Assembly: GCF_006345805.1 (NCBI RefSeq) | Contig: NC_043000.1 | Coordinates: 5,952,001-6,016,000 of the forward strand | Reading direction: 5' to 3' | Length of the DNA stretch: 64,000 nt | Source of the DNA: Octopus sinensis | Taxonomy: Eukaryota | Shown: one piece after another, positions 1-13,274 of the stretch | Position numbering within the stretch: position 1 is the first letter of the stretch | Layout of the letters: each line of letters opens with the position of its first letter | The notes under the pieces: generated by a model | Database searches by the model: none | The model's input: only the letters and a program-made list of their open reading frames with translations | Told to the model about the DNA's origin: nothing | Program-made: the position numbers and the translations under genes

Positions 1-242
1 ACAATTTAAAGTTGTCAACTCAATGCAAAGAAATGTTGATAAATCACATGTTGATAAAACTGCTACTATAGAACAAACAACTCCTATTAGGTTTTAAATA
101 AAATGCAACAGCATGGCTTTTTATACAAATCATCATTGCTCTTAGAAATAGTGTACAGTAGTTAACTAGGCATTAAGATTATTATCTTAATTTTAAAATT
201 TTATGTATCAAAACGGAAAAAATTTTAAATTGTTGATTTATT

Positions 243-511
243 AAATTACAATATTTTTAAGCATTGGTCAACAGAAATTGTATTGTAGCTCACATCTGAA
301 AGTGTTTAATTAAAAGCAAAACCTTTTTGAAAGGTATTGCTTCTCACATCATTATCATCATCATCATCATGAAGAATTATCAAAATATGAAGAGATATCA
401 AAATTACAGTATTTTTAAGCATTGGTCAACAGAAATTGTATTGTAGCTCACATTTGACAGTGTTTAATTAAAAATAAAACCTATTTGGAAGGCATTGCTT
501 CTCACATCATA
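243..511. repeat. Local direct duplication of about 110 bp
   Basis: aaattaca(a/g)tatttttaagcattggtcaacagaaattgtattgtagctcacat...cttctcacatcat at about 243-352 and 402-511. Confidence 0.9.
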
Positions 512-519
512 ATTCTTTA

Positions 520-880
520 TCATCATCATCATCATTATCATTTAACATCTGTCTTCCATGCTTGGTTCAACAGCATCTAATGAGTTAGAGGACTGCATCA
601 AACTCTATTGTCTTCTTTGCCATGAATTCCCTGATTAAATGCTCTTCTTAATGCCAACCACTTTACAGACTGCACTAGGTACTTTTTTCATGGCAATAGC
701 ACTAATGGGATTACCATGTAACTCACAAGATTAATGATCCCCTTTGGTTGAGTGGAAGTTTAGCAAAGTAGCCTTATACTAGGTGTTGAGAGGTCAAAGT
801 ATGACTGAGGCACAAAAACTGTTTTTTTTTTTGCTGTAGAGGAGATACATGGCCACCTCACATCATATTGGAGTGGAGCT
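520..880 (-). mobile_element. RTE-tail repeat (family D), diverged
   Basis: (cat)n-tttaacatctgtcttccatgct... is the reverse complement of the (GAT)n-ended RTE 3' end at 61230-61390. Confidence 0.7.
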
Positions 881-1067
881 AGAATGGGACATATATAGTT
901 AATTAGTGAAAAACAAAAAGAAAAATTATTTAGTGTATGAAACAGAACAATACATACAAAAATATTGTTTCTCGTTTTATTTGGGAGGCTTGCTCAGATA
1001 TCTTTCACAGGCATTTTAATCTCTACTTTAATAAATTTTAAACAAATTAGAAAGTATGGCCTTTGAC

Positions 1068-1541
1068 TTAACCCCTTTGTTATATTTCTGTAGAAATACA
1101 CTGCTTTTGTTTCAATTAATTTTGGAAAGGATGAAGAATTTAGTAAAATAACTTGGCCATTATTAAACTGATATTTGGAATATAAATTAACATGAACTTT
1201 TAATGGATGGTTTTAATCAAATTAAATCAGTTTAAAACAAGAAATTTGTATCATACAACCAAAGGCAGCCTTGGGCAGATTAGTTTCAAATCTGTTAAGG
1301 TCATTTGTTCTTCAACCCTTTCATTACCATATTTCTGTTAAAATTCAATGCCTTTGTTTCAATTAATTATTAAAATAATGAAGAATTTTATTAGAATAAC
1401 TTTATCCTTATTAAGCTGTGTTTGGAGCATAAATTAACATGAAATTTTGATGGAAGATTTTCTTTCAGATCACTTTAAAACAGCAAATTATAATCATAGA
1501 GCCAAGGGCAGTCTTGGACAGGTCGGTATCAAGAGAGTTAA
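1068..1541 (+). mobile_element. Two tandem piggyBac-like MITEs (family P1)
   Basis: ttaacccc/tcaaccct starts, shared internal sequence (gaagaatttagtaaaataactt...cataaattaacatgaa), second copy ends gagttaa; homologous to 37364-37583. Confidence 0.75.
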
Positions 1542-2205
1542 CCATTTTTAGTTAGTTGGAAACATTGTGTTGCTAACCATGTGGAGTACGGCTATAATCT
1601 GTAAGTTCAAGGTGTTACACAGAACAATATAAAAGAACATCCTAAATACTTTCTGGAATCATTACTTGGATATATGTTATAAACAATGAACTGAACTGTA
1701 TGCTGACTAATAGAGTTTGATGCCAAACTATGTTCGGAAGATTTTTTTTTTTTTTAAGGCCAAAAAATACCCCACACCTGAGTAATTGCTGCTTCTCTCT
1801 AAGGCCCAAATATTTCCTTCTGTTGAATATTATTTTTATGTCTGGGATGATTTGTCTACTCCCATTACTTCTGTTGCTCATATTCTACAGAATTGGTTTC
1901 CCAATTTTTTTTATTTTGTTCACGTCTCCCCTTCTGAATCTAACTTATCTCTGCGTCCACCTGCACCCCACCCCAGTAAGGGATACATTAAAAACAAACA
2001 AACAAACAAAGCAGTATGTTACCATGTGCAATGTTTAATTGCACAGCTGTATCAAATAAAAACAGTGTTTGTAGTAACTTACAAAAATGACCATTTCTAA
2101 GCTGATAAAATTATGTATTAGTGAACAAAATTCTATAAAAACATAAAATTTACAGTAGGAAGCATAAAACTTTAAAGGCTGCCAAAAACAAACTTTAATA
2201 ATTAA

Positions 2206-2608
2206 GGAGTGGCTGTGTGGTAAGTAGCTTGCTTACCAACCACATGGTTCCGGGTTCAGTCCCACTGCGTGGCACCTTGGACAGGTGTCTTCTACTATAG
2301 CCTCAGGCCGACCAAAACCTTGTGAGTGGATTTGGAAGAGGGAAGCTGAGATAAGCCTATCATATATATGTATATGTATGTATGGGCATATGTCTTTGTG
2401 TCTGTCCCCACCCCCCATCACTTGACAGCCAGTGCTGCTGTGTTTACATCTCATAACTTAGTGGTTCGGCAAAAGATACTGATAGAATAAATACCAGGTT
2501 TTAAAAATATAAGTTTTCGGGTCGATATGTTTGACTAAAACGTTTTCAAGGTGGTGCCCCAGCATGGCCACAGTCTAAAGCCTGAAACAAATAAAAGATA
2601 AAAGATAA
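2206..2608 (+). mobile_element. tRNA-derived SINE family A, full length
   Basis: A-box-like tggctgtgtggtaa, B-box-like gggttcagtccc, central (TA/TG)n, tail ...cagcatggccacagtc...gaaacaa(taaaaga)n. About 15 copies in the window. Confidence 0.9.
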
Positions 2609-3434
2609 GCTTCCATCTTTCAGGTTTTCCCAAACTTTATATTTTTTATGTTGCCCAGAATTCTAAATCAGACATTTGTATGCAACTTCTTTTTTTCTGA
2701 GACAGGATTAATGAGATAACAAATTCGCCAAATCTATATTACATTCTCTCTGTCCATTTCTTTCTGGCCAAAAGACCTCTGTCACCAGCTGTGGAGAATG
2801 TCCCACCCTCTTTGTAGAATATTCCACCCTCTTTGTATATTGTGTACAATGATTACATGGTTGTTTGTAAGAAGGAAGGAATTTCAGGTACATTTCAGCT
2901 GAATAATATTTATTTCCATATTTACAGCAGTGAATTATACATATTTGCAACAACAACAACAACAAAATTGTTAATTCTTATGTTTGATTTACAATGGTAG
3001 TTACAGACAGGTAATTCAAATAGGGTTGATATGGGTTAAATTAATTTTAGTCTTTGTTATATATAAATATTAATTAATATCAATGACAATGGTAGTTGGA
3101 TTATTATTAAGTACTGCTAGATGTGTCTTTTTTTTTATTCCTATATATCTGTTCTTGTATAAAACTGTTATTAAATTTAGAACAATGTGCTGAAGGAAGT
3201 AAACTATGTGGTACTGAACTAATAGAGCACATAATGAAGGTATTATGTAGAGTAATTATAAAGGTAGGTTAGTATTTATTTTCGTATTGCAGTATGGAAC
3301 TGTCAAAGAAGTAATGTTTGGTTTAGTATAAGTAGTATATTATATTACTTAACAGAGTGGAAATAATTGCAGGTTTTTGTTTGCCTGGGTATAATAAGTG
3401 CTTAGCTGTGATTAAAAAGTGTTAAGGTATACAT

Positions 3435-3644
3435 TAACCTTTTTTGATGCTAACATATTTGAGACCATCTTTGGTTCTATGATGTAAACTTCCTGAATTA
3501 AAATGATCTAAATTAAAACCTTCCCTCAAAATTCCTTGCCAGCTTATTTATAGCAGTTTATTTTATTAAATTCTTCTTTATTTTCAAAAGAAACTGAAAC
3601 AAAAGCAGTATATTTCAGTAGAAATTTTATAACAAAAGAGTTGA
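3435..3644 (-). mobile_element. piggyBac-like MITE (family P1)
   Basis: ttaacctt...aaagagttga; reverse-oriented homolog of 37364-37583. Confidence 0.7.
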
Positions 3645-4377
3645 ATTAATAAAAATTGGAGCTAAATTGAGGAATTATTAAGCAATAAATTTGCGCTACT
3701 ATTAAGCATTGATTAAGATTCTATTCTGTGTCCATTAGTTATGAAATTCAACAAACTCATTCATGCTCAGATGTTCAGAATAATTCTGTTCAGCTAACAA
3801 TTATTGCTATTAATGAATGAATTTATGAGAAGACTTTAGAAATCATTTTGTTGTAGAGAAAGAAAACTTGAGACTAAAGTAATCAAGTGAATATGACAAA
3901 GGCAAGGGTTTTAGTGAGTGACTTCAACAGATCTGAAGCATCAAGGAGCAGGTTTCTTTAGATATAGGAAATGTATATATATATATACATACACATACAT
4001 ACATGTATTTATATATATATAAGCTCTCTGCTGTATAAACAATGCAATCAATGTGTTCCTGTAAAGTGTAGTAATATTTTTAGCAGATTGCCAAAATAGT
4101 TGCACTCTAAATGTTCACAATACACTATGCAGTAGGTAGTGAATTCAACCCATTTGTAAAGGCCATGAATTGCAATAATGTAGCTCTTTCAAGAGAATAT
4201 TTCTTTGTTGTGCTCTTTATCTTAATCAATGCTCCTGCTGAATGTAATGGTTAAGATCTATAGTGAGGATAAGATGTTTTTCACTAACTTTTCATAAAGC
4301 GACATTTTGTGTGGAAAAGGTTAAATATATGACACTTGGACCAATAGTATTACAAAATAGCAAGAGGGTTGGCAAGC

Positions 4378-4935
4378 TGGTGTGGCTGTGTGGTAAGAAG
4401 CTTGCTTCCCAACTATATGGTTCCAGGTTCAGTCCTACTGTGTGGCATCTTGGGCAAATGTCTTCTACTATAACCCCAGGCTGACTAAAGCCTTGTGAGT
4501 GGATTTGGTAGATGGAAACTCAAAAAAGTCCATCATATATATACATATATATCTATGTGGTTAGAGTGTCGAGCTTACAATTGTGAGTTCGATTCCCAGA
4601 CTGGGCTGCACGTTGTGTTCTTGAGCAAGACACTTAATTTCATGTTGCTCCAGTTCACTCAGCTGTAGAAATGAGTTGTGACGTCACTGGTGCCAAGCTG
4701 TATTGATCAGCCTTTGCCTTTCCCTTGGATTACATCAGTGGTGTGGAGAGAGGAGGCTGGTATGCATGGGCGACTGCTGGTCTTCCATAAACAACCTTGC
4801 CCAGACTTGTGCCTCAGAGAGGAACTTTCTAGGTGCAATCTCATGGTCATTCATGACCGAAGGGGGTGTTTACCCTTTTATTCACACCCACAGTCAAGTG
4901 ACTGAAACAAGTAAAAAATAAAAGACAGAAAAGAG
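4378..4935 (+). mobile_element. SINE A with a nested CORE-like SINE (family C1, about 4556-4880)
   Basis: SINE A head 4378-4545; insert with gagttcgattccc B-box and gtgttcttgagcaagacactt...cactcagctgtagaaatgagt core; SINE A tail resumes near 4890. Confidence 0.85.
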
Positions 4936-5619
4936 TAATCAAATTAAGTATCAGTCATGTACTGGGGTTAATGATATTGATTAACCCCATTTCTTTCATA
5001 TTTGCTGGCCTTGTGCCTGAATCAGAAAGTTATAGAACAGCAAAAGCATTGAGTGAAATTCTAACAAGAAAACTCTTATAGATTGGGATGAATCTTTTGA
5101 TCGCTGGTTAAGTTTTCCTATCGATTTTTCACTTGTCACATCTCATTGTTTGATCAGCTGAATGACCTACTCATTGAATTAACATGTAAAGTGGTTGAGT
5201 ATCCCACAGGCATGTACCTTTTAATGTAATTTTCAGGTAGAATTGGTATGATACATTTTAACAAAGCTTTACTTTTTTTGAATCACCAGTATAGTTCATT
5301 TGACAGGCTCCTGCAGGTTCTATCTATCTGGTTTCACTCTCAAGGTTCTGGTAAAGATACTTGCTTAACTCACTACATACTGGAATTGAAATCAGGACTT
5401 CATGGTTGTCAAGCAAACTTTTTAACCATTCAACCATGTCTAAGTCCATTTTGATAGTCTAGAATATAGGTAGGGTTGCCTTTGTAGAATTGAGGATGGG
5501 GGTGAATTGCAACAATATAGGAACCTAAGTGGAGTTGGGGGCACATGTGTTCTAAGAAAAATAACGAACCTTAAATTCTACAAATTCATACATTTGTAAA
5601 TTTTTAATATTAAATTGTC

Positions 5620-5993
5620 ATAGCCACATAGTTTTGGGTTCAATCCCACTGTGTGGCACTTTGGTCATGTGTCTTCCACTAAAGACCCAGACGGACCAAA
5701 ACCTTATGAAAGAAGCCTTTAATATATATATATATATATATGTTTGCATGTCTTTGTTTTGACATCATATAATCACATGATGGTTATAAGTGAGTGTTAC
5801 CATCTTACTGGCAGTATCATTTGTTTTCTATCTTCCATGGAATCCTGTTTAGTCATGGGAGAAATATTATCTTGCTTGGAAACAGGTGAGGGCTGGCAAA
5901 AAGAAGGGCATCTAGCCATAGAAAAATCTGTCAGAGCAAATTCTGTCTGATTTTTGCAAGCATGGAAAAGGAGGACATTAAAATGATGATGAT
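5620..5993 (+). mobile_element. Chimeric SINE family F (family A head + RTE-type (GAT)n tail)
   Basis: SINE A head followed by ttgcttggaaacaggtgagggctggc...gaagggcatctagcc...gcaagcatggaaaag...atgatgatgat. Other copies at about 8195-8620, 20150-20490 and 41205-41700 (-). Confidence 0.75.
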
Positions 5994-6221
5994 GGTGGTG
6001 GTGGTGGTGACAGTGGTAGTGGTAACTGTTATGGTTGTTTTAACCATTTTTTCTGGTGTTTTAAGGGATTTTAGTGGGTTGTTTCAAATGTGAATCTAGA
6101 TAAAAATTTTTCCAGCAGATGAGAAAGATTCCTCACTCCTTGTCTGTAAGTATATGAACTTAAAGGAAAATAGTTTTGTTTAAATATTTTTGTTTAACTA
6201 GTTAAATAGCTTTGTTTAACT

Positions 6222-6457
6222 AAGGCAGCGAGCTGGCAGAAACGTTAGCACACCAGGCGAAATGCTTAGCAGTTATTTCGTCTGCCATTACGTTCTGAGT
6301 TCAAATTCCACTGAGAGCAACTTTGCCTTTCATCCTTTTGGGGTCGATAAATTAAGTACCAGTTACACACTGGGGTCGATGTAATCGACTTAATCCCTTT
6401 GTCTGTCCTTGTTTGTCCCCTCTGTTTTTAGCCCCTTGTGGGAAGTAAAGAAATAAG
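6222..6457 (+). mobile_element. SINE family B (Meta-domain-like)
   Basis: aaggcagcgagctggcagaaacgttagc head, gagttcaaattcc B-box, ctttgcctttcatcctttyggggtcgataaattaagtaccag central domain; flanked by duplicated aaggaaaatagttttgtttaa. Meta-domain similarity is from memory. Confidence 0.9.
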
Positions 6458-6471
6458 GAAAATAGTTTTGT

Positions 6472-6692
6472 TTAACTCTTTAGCATTCAGATTACTCTGT
6501 CAAATATAACGCTTATTTATTCACGTTGTTTTGAATTAATCATGGATTATCTAGAGGCTTTGTGATTTCAATGATGTGATTGTTTATGTTTAAAGTGACA
6601 ATGTACGGTAGGTGTGAGAGATTGGATCTGGTCATGTAAAACAGTTAGACTGATTTGGCTGAATATGACCAATTTAAATGCTAAAGGGTAAA
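6472..6692 (+). mobile_element. piggyBac-like MITE (family P2)
   Basis: ttaa-ctctttagcatt ... aatgctaaaggg-taaa terminal inverted repeats. Other copies at 8817-9045 (-), 14842-15040 and 47578-47635 (partial). Confidence 0.75.
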
Positions 6693-8816
6693 TTTTACTC
6701 TGATACAAAAGTGTACTTGTGCCTGTGTCACACTTTCAAATGAAACATTGTATTTAATGAAGTAAATTATTTTGTAACAATGGAACTTAAAGTAGATGAA
6801 ACTATAAATAACAGCTTGTAGAATATTGGGTTAAAATACTCCTTTGATGAAAAAATGTAAAGGGTTGCTCATGGGACTTGAACCCACAACTTTAAACATG
6901 AGAGATGTCCTATTATACCAAAGCAACACTTTGAATTTCCTCCGTCCTTTTTAGGAGCTTTGTTCTTACCAGCAAGAATTATAAGATGTTTATAGTATAA
7001 GAATTTAGAAACCTGGGAAAACCTGAAATAAATTATACCTTAACAGTGGGACTCAAAGTGGATAAAGCTATAAATAATAGTGTGTAGAAAGTTGGGTTAA
7101 AATAATTTACTTCTTATAATGTAAACATATTTAATATTTTACTTCAGTTGCTACTGTACTTCCAGAAGGCAGCAGTTTTGGAAAAAAGCATTTAGTGCAA
7201 GATCAAGGGAGGTGGGGTGGGGCATTGAGTTTAAGACTTGGTAGGAGTAAGAAGAGGAAGTATGTCAGATAGGTTTGCATGGAGACGGTATACAGGTATC
7301 TAGTTTACAGGAACCATTGCTGTCTTGGTAAAATAGTCAGAGAGATGAAACAGTATCTATGAGTTAGTAGCTGCTGCATGTTGATGAAGTTTTTTTTTTT
7401 TTTCCAATCAATTAATTTACCAAGTATTGATATTTCACCCTACCCCATTCTTACTTGCATGGCATTTTCCATGAATGCCACCATGCAGTGTCACTTTTAC
7501 AGTCGAAAAGATATTGAATCTCTCTTGCAAGTTTTAAATATCTTAAATATGTTGTCCTCTTACTCGATTTTTGTAACATGAATCACCATTTTCATTTGTA
7601 CTGAATCTCTTCTAGTCCTCCACCTCCGAGTGCTGACTTGGCTTCTCTAAATTGCAATTTTTGGAAAGGTGTCAGCTGAAGGTAGTTTTCTTTACAAAAT
7701 GTTAGTTTTGGTTTTAGTTTTTGTACGGAGACACTCCTCTGCACACGGATTGATCTGACTCAATAGTGTTTGTAGTGCAGAGAAATCTTTTTGTTCGTAA
7801 CCAAGACATCCTTGTCTCACCTAAACATTAGCAACAATAAGAGTTAATTAGTTTTAGTTCTTGGTATTGTTATTATCTTCGATGTGTCATTGACATTATT
7901 CGTTGAGGTTTATCTAAGATAACTAATTTGGTGTGGATTATCTTTACTAACTTGTAGGTAACCAGTTGTTCAACTCATGTTTTGAATGCCATGATATATA
8001 TTACACAACTATTGTGCTTTATATTTATTGTTCTATTTCTATTAAAACACAAAAATAGCTCTCTGGGTACCTATCAACCGACCATGTTAAGGTTAGCTAT
8101 TATGAAAGTGCTATCATTTCATTTATTTTCAAACTAGCTACCTTTGTCTTTCAAAGAACAGGATTTGCTTTAGATCAACTTGAGATCTTTACTTCTCAGC
8201 CATGTGGTTTTGGGTTTAATCCTACTGTGTGGCACTTTGACCAAGTGTTCTCTACCATAGCTCTAGTTTGGTCAAAGCCTTGTGAGTGAATTTGGAAGAT
8301 GGAATCTGAAAGAAGCCCAACATATGTGTATGTATGAGTACACGTGTATGTTTGTGTCTCCTTATGATATCATATTATTGTTGTAAAGAGTATCACTTTC
8401 ATAGAATCAGTGTCATTCATTTTAATATTCTGTGAAAATATGTTTGACCAAGGGAAATATCTTGCTTGGAAACAGATGAGAGCTGATAATAAGAAGGGTA
8501 TCTGGCCATAGAAAATCTGTTTCAATAAACCCTATCTGACCTGTACATCATCATCATTGTCACCGTTTAATGTCTGCCTTCCATGTTAGCATCCTCGAAA
8601 AGCAGATATTAAAATAATAATCGTGATACGTTTACTATTTGGTCTGCAATATTTTCTGTTATTTGAATTTTAATATAACTTGCTGCCCTTTTTTTTTTTC
8701 AAAGCAAATCTTGTATCTGTGCTCTTTTCTTCATCCTTTTTTTTTTTTTGTAATTTCCTCACAGATCTCTCTAGAATAGCTTATGTTGCCAGAACTATCT
8801 CTAACCTACATTCTAT

Positions 8817-9046
8817 AAACCCTTTAGCATTTAAACCAGCCACATGCTGCCCAAATACTCTACCTGTTTTATCTTCAGACCAGCCAGGTCTGGCCTCTCG
8901 CACCTACTCTACAATGTCATTCCAAATATAATCAAGCAGATCAGCAAAATCTCGAAACTCTGAGATAATACATGAATAATTCAAGACAGTGTGAATAAAT
9001 AAGCATTACTACATTTGATAAAGTAATCCAAATGCTAAGGGGTTAA
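8817..9046 (-). mobile_element. piggyBac-like MITE (family P2)
   Basis: ccctttagcattt ... aaatgctaagggg-ttaa ends; internal sequence is the reverse complement of 6472-6692. Confidence 0.8.
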
Positions 9047-9320
9047 GGCTGGTGTATCCCAAGTTTCAGTTATGCACCCTCACCTTTTCTTCTCTACAAT
9101 TAGTAATGACCTACAAGCTATCCTGTCTAACAAACAATACACACTTATGCGGATGACATAACTATTTTCTGGGGTTTTTTCTTCTTTTTTTTTCCTCTTT
9201 GATGCAACCATCATTCACAGACATCTTAGATATTCATTATTAAAATTACTTTGAAAATACCCTTCAATTGGAACATAACCACCTAGTCCCTTTCAACAGC
9301 ACAAAGACATAATTCCTACC
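9046..9320 (+). pseudogene. Highly decayed CR1/L2-like reverse transcriptase relic
   Basis: ggtgtatcccaagtttcagttatgcaccctcaccttttc reads GVSQVSVMHPHLF (GVPQGS-like); tatgcggatgacataact reads YADDIT. Confidence 0.55.
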
Positions 9321-9327
9321 CATAACT

Positions 9328-9498
9328 ACACTCGCGGAGTGGTTGGCGTTAGGAAGGGCATCCAGCCGTAGAAACACTGCCAGATCTGACTGGGCCTGAT
9401 GAAGCCTTCCAGCTTCACAGACCCCAGTTGAACCGTCCAACCCATGCTAGCATGGAAAGCGGACGCTAAATGATGATGATGATAATGATGATGATGAT
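9328..9498 (+). mobile_element. RTE-tail repeat (family D), 5'-truncated, young
   Basis: ggagtggttggcgttaggaagggcatccagccgtagaaac...cccatgctagcatggaaagcggacgctaaa(tga)n. Confidence 0.85.
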
Positions 9499-10332
9499 AT
9501 TAAGGGAATAATTATTTCAATAATTCTTTTACACCCTCTCTATACATAAACCACAAATAAAATCCCCAAAGCTACCAAGATATTACATGATTTCTCAGAC
9601 TGACGAAAATTGCATCCCAAAGATTAGGTTAGAGACAATAAGTACTTCAGTCCTGATCAATTTCTTACTTAATACAAAGCCTAAACATACTGCAAGTATG
9701 GTTAGTACGTGTAGAGCAGAGCTACTGCTACACACACACAACATCCATTCAGCTGATTGGCAAACATTCAGTCATTATTACTTTGCCACAAACACAAGCT
9801 CACAAATACTTCTACAACAATTGCAAAGGCTTTTGTTCCTCTGAACTGGTTAAATTCCCTTTCCACCCAGACCCATCTGGAACATCTGTCTCTTCTCACT
9901 CCTATTGTGTTTCACTCCCTGAGGTTTTTTTTTTTCTTCCTTTTTTTTTCTTCATTTTTTTTTTTTTTTGCACAGAACTGTTTTCTCAGTCCTTCCTGCC
10001 TAGAATTTCTGCATTGTAGAATTCCTTTCCTGTCCATATTTTTTCCTGTAGACACCAGAGTCTGTAGGTGTCAAAACGGGGACAACAACAACCAACCAAC
10101 CACATAAAATCTTGCATGTCTGGGAGGGGTTTTCTTCTAACCGAAAGTTAGGTCGAAGATAACTTGGAGAAAGATCACAATAATCCGAAGGAAGTTAGGC
10201 GTAACAGAAGACAGACTAGCAGAGGAAAAGAATAAAGAAAATATCCAGAGCAGAGAATATTCAATGTGAATAATGTTGATGACAGATGCAGATATTATTG
10301 ATTATACTTTCTTCTATATCTACACATCATCA

Positions 10333-10379
<47 letters not shown>

Positions 10380-10709
10380 TTAGTTGAATGATCAGAATAG
10401 AATTCAATACATGAGTGTGTGTGTGTGTGTTTATACATACATATATGTATGTATGTATATATATATATATATATGTATCAATGTTGTGCGATTGATTGTG
10501 ATGGAGCAGTTGGTTGTCCTGTTGCGTAAGCTGGCTTGGATACAAAACAGGAAGCCAAACAATAATCAATAATAAAGTTTAATAATTTTTCTACCAAATT
10601 CTCTTCGTCCCACGTCAAAAGTATAAAGAAAACTTGATTCGATGACAAGTGCTATACAACTCCAGTATGAAAACAACTAACATACATACATATATACACT
10701 GGTGTATAT

Positions 10710-11340
10710 ATGTATGCATGTATATATGTGTATATATATGTGTACATATTACATGTACATCTCTCTCTCTATATATATATATATACATGTACATATATAC
10801 ATGTAAACATCTATATCTATAGAAATACATCTATACATATCCATCTATACATATACAGCTATAAATATACATGTATACATACACATCTATACATATACAT
10901 GAATATATACACATCTATATATATATACACGTATATATATACATTTGTGCAGATGTATGCATATATATATATATATACATACATAATATATAATATATCA
11001 TATATATGTATGTATACCTGTATATATGTGAGATATTAGTTTCACTTTAATAGTTTCAGTATTAAATTAAAACTATTAAAGTTAAAGTATCTGACATTAT
11101 GATAGAGAGATGTTATTGTTTCACTTTTGACATGTAATACTGAAATAGTGGAGAAGATATGATACTGCTGTGGGCTCGCACTAGGCAAGAAGTTAAGAAA
11201 TTTTTTTGCCTATGACACTACATGGACCCTAAGTAAGGCATGTGTAAAATTTGAATGAAATTGCTTGTGTAGTTCTCAAGTTTTAGGGATTCACACAGAT
11301 ACACAGACAGACACACATTCTCATCTTTATATATATAGAT
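10710..11340 (-). mobile_element. Non-autonomous Helitron-like element with expanded TA/CA microsatellite
   Basis: Shares about 11080-11340 with 12805-13033 and gcatgtatatatgtg...gtacatattacatgta with 12375-12420; ends tatatagat (5'-TC on the minus strand). Confidence 0.6.
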
Positions 11341-11346
11341 ATATGA

Positions 11347-11404
<58 letters not shown>

Positions 11405-11412
<8 letters not shown>

Positions 11413-11485
11413 GTATGTATATATACATGGAAAAGGATGCGTGGCATTCGATCATATAATATAAATAATATATTAATATATGTAC

Positions 11486-11525
<40 letters not shown>

Positions 11526-11592
11526 ATATACTTGGAAAAGGATGCGTGGCGTTCGATCATATAATATAAATAATATATTAATATATGTATAT
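11405..11592. repeat. Two-copy tandem duplication embedded in (TA)n
   Basis: tggaaaaggatgcgtggc(a/g)ttcgatcatataatataaataatatattaatatatgta at about 11428 and 11533. Confidence 0.9.
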
Positions 11593-12339
11593 ATACGTAC
11601 ATACCTACATCTATATGTATATATACATGCATATATGGGTACAGGACATCAAAAAAAAAAAAACGTTGAACACAATGAGAAATGAAAACATAGAAACCAA
11701 CTTTTTATCAAACAATGAAAAATCAGAGTACAAGACATACAACACAGGGAATATTCCCCTTCTTCAGTTGTCCCTGTTTCGTCTACTCCGCGTTCTGAAG
11801 GTAAGGACAAGATGCGACTTTGTTGAAGCAGTCCTTCCCGCAAAGCAAATTAAATAAAATTTGGGATTTTTTTGTGGAGGGGTAAAACTAGTAACAAGAA
11901 CAGGACAGTAAGGACAAAACAACAAGTAAAAACAATAAAAGTAAAAACAGTAAGAGACAGAACAAAGAGAATAACACAGTAAAAACAAATGTGTGTGTAT
12001 ATATATGTATATATATATATGTGAAAACATATGTATATATGTGTATATATATATATATGTATATATATGTGTACATATATATATATATATATTTATATAT
12101 AGAGGGCATTATACATACATGCCAGAGAGCATTATACATACATGCCACACGCTAAGAGGGACAATTAGTCATTTCTACCAAAAATATTACTAATCCCACC
12201 GAATGCAATTTCAATAAGAAATAATTATTTTCGAAATTTATTCTCTTATGAGGTTTTCACGCTATCTACCTGACAATTTCTTGTTAAGTTTTCCTTATTA
12301 AGTAGTTGTCCTTAATTGCTATATATATATATATATATG

Positions 12340-13032
12340 TTAAAGACCCGTCGTTGCCGGGTCATAGTGCTAGTGCATGTATATATGTGTATATATGTGT
12401 GTACATATTACATGTATATCTATATATACATCTACACATAAAATGCAAAATACAAAGTTATATCTTGATATCGCTAGTGATAACAATACTCAAAATATAT
12501 AACAGACTGGAATTGTTAGCTCTTCTTTTTTCTCTACGTTGTATACTTTATAGACAATAATCTTTTCTTTAATTTAATTTTTTATTATCCATCTGGACTA
12601 TTCCATTTCTGCACGCTAATTTTATTTTTAATTTATTTCCATTCATGTGAAACCATTTATTCAAGTTAAAATCATTGATGCAATTTTATACCAATTGCTA
12701 TTTTTACTTTTTTTTTTATGTTACGATTATATTATACTTTAGTTTGATTTTAATTATTACTTACTACATATAATTCAATTGTTATTATTATTTTTATTGT
12801 TAAAGTGAAAGTATCTGACATAAAATAGAGAAATGTTTTTGTTTCACTTTTAACACGTAATACTGAAATAGTGGAGAAGATATGATATTGCTATGGGCTC
12901 GCTCTAGACAAGAAGTTGAACATGGACCCTAAGTAAGGCATGTGTAAAATTTGAATGAAATTGGTTATGTAGTTCTCAAGTTTTAGGGAAACACACAGAC
13001 AGACACACATTCTCAGTTTTGTATATATAAAG

Positions 13033-13033
<1 letters not shown>
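12340..13033 (-). mobile_element. Non-autonomous Helitron-like element, second copy
   Basis: Subterminal hairpin gacccg-tcgttgc-cgggtc near 12345-12363; other end acagacagacacacattctcagttttgtatatataaagat. Terminal CTAG not visible in this copy. Confidence 0.65.
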
Positions 13034-13066
<33 letters not shown>

Positions 13067-13274
13067 TTATGTATATATATGTATCCCCGAAAGTGTTGGT
13101 GAAAATCTGTAAGGTCAGTCCTGTGCTCATAGGATTCTCCAGTTTAGCTTGAGTCTGCACTGTCCACTCCATTATGCTGTGTGTTAGCCAGTGTATTTGT
13201 CTGAACAGGTAGTTCTTTCCTTTATTACTGAAGGGTTTGCTGTCCTAAGCTCACATCTGCTTCGCCATTGTTCC

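Noticed and set aside
6865-6925. tRNA gene on the minus strand
   Set aside because: Has a B-box-like ggttcaagtcc but I could not build a cloverleaf; at most a decayed tRNA or SINE head. SINE heads elsewhere were also not called as tRNAs.
11741-11800. Second hammerhead-like motif on the minus strand (ctgaaga + hairpin)
   Set aside because: No GAAA box follows the hairpin.
10330-12560. Many ORFs rich in YIYI/THTH/CVCV
   Set aside because: Translations of (TA)n and (CA)n microsatellites; the same applies at 18072-18723 and elsewhere.
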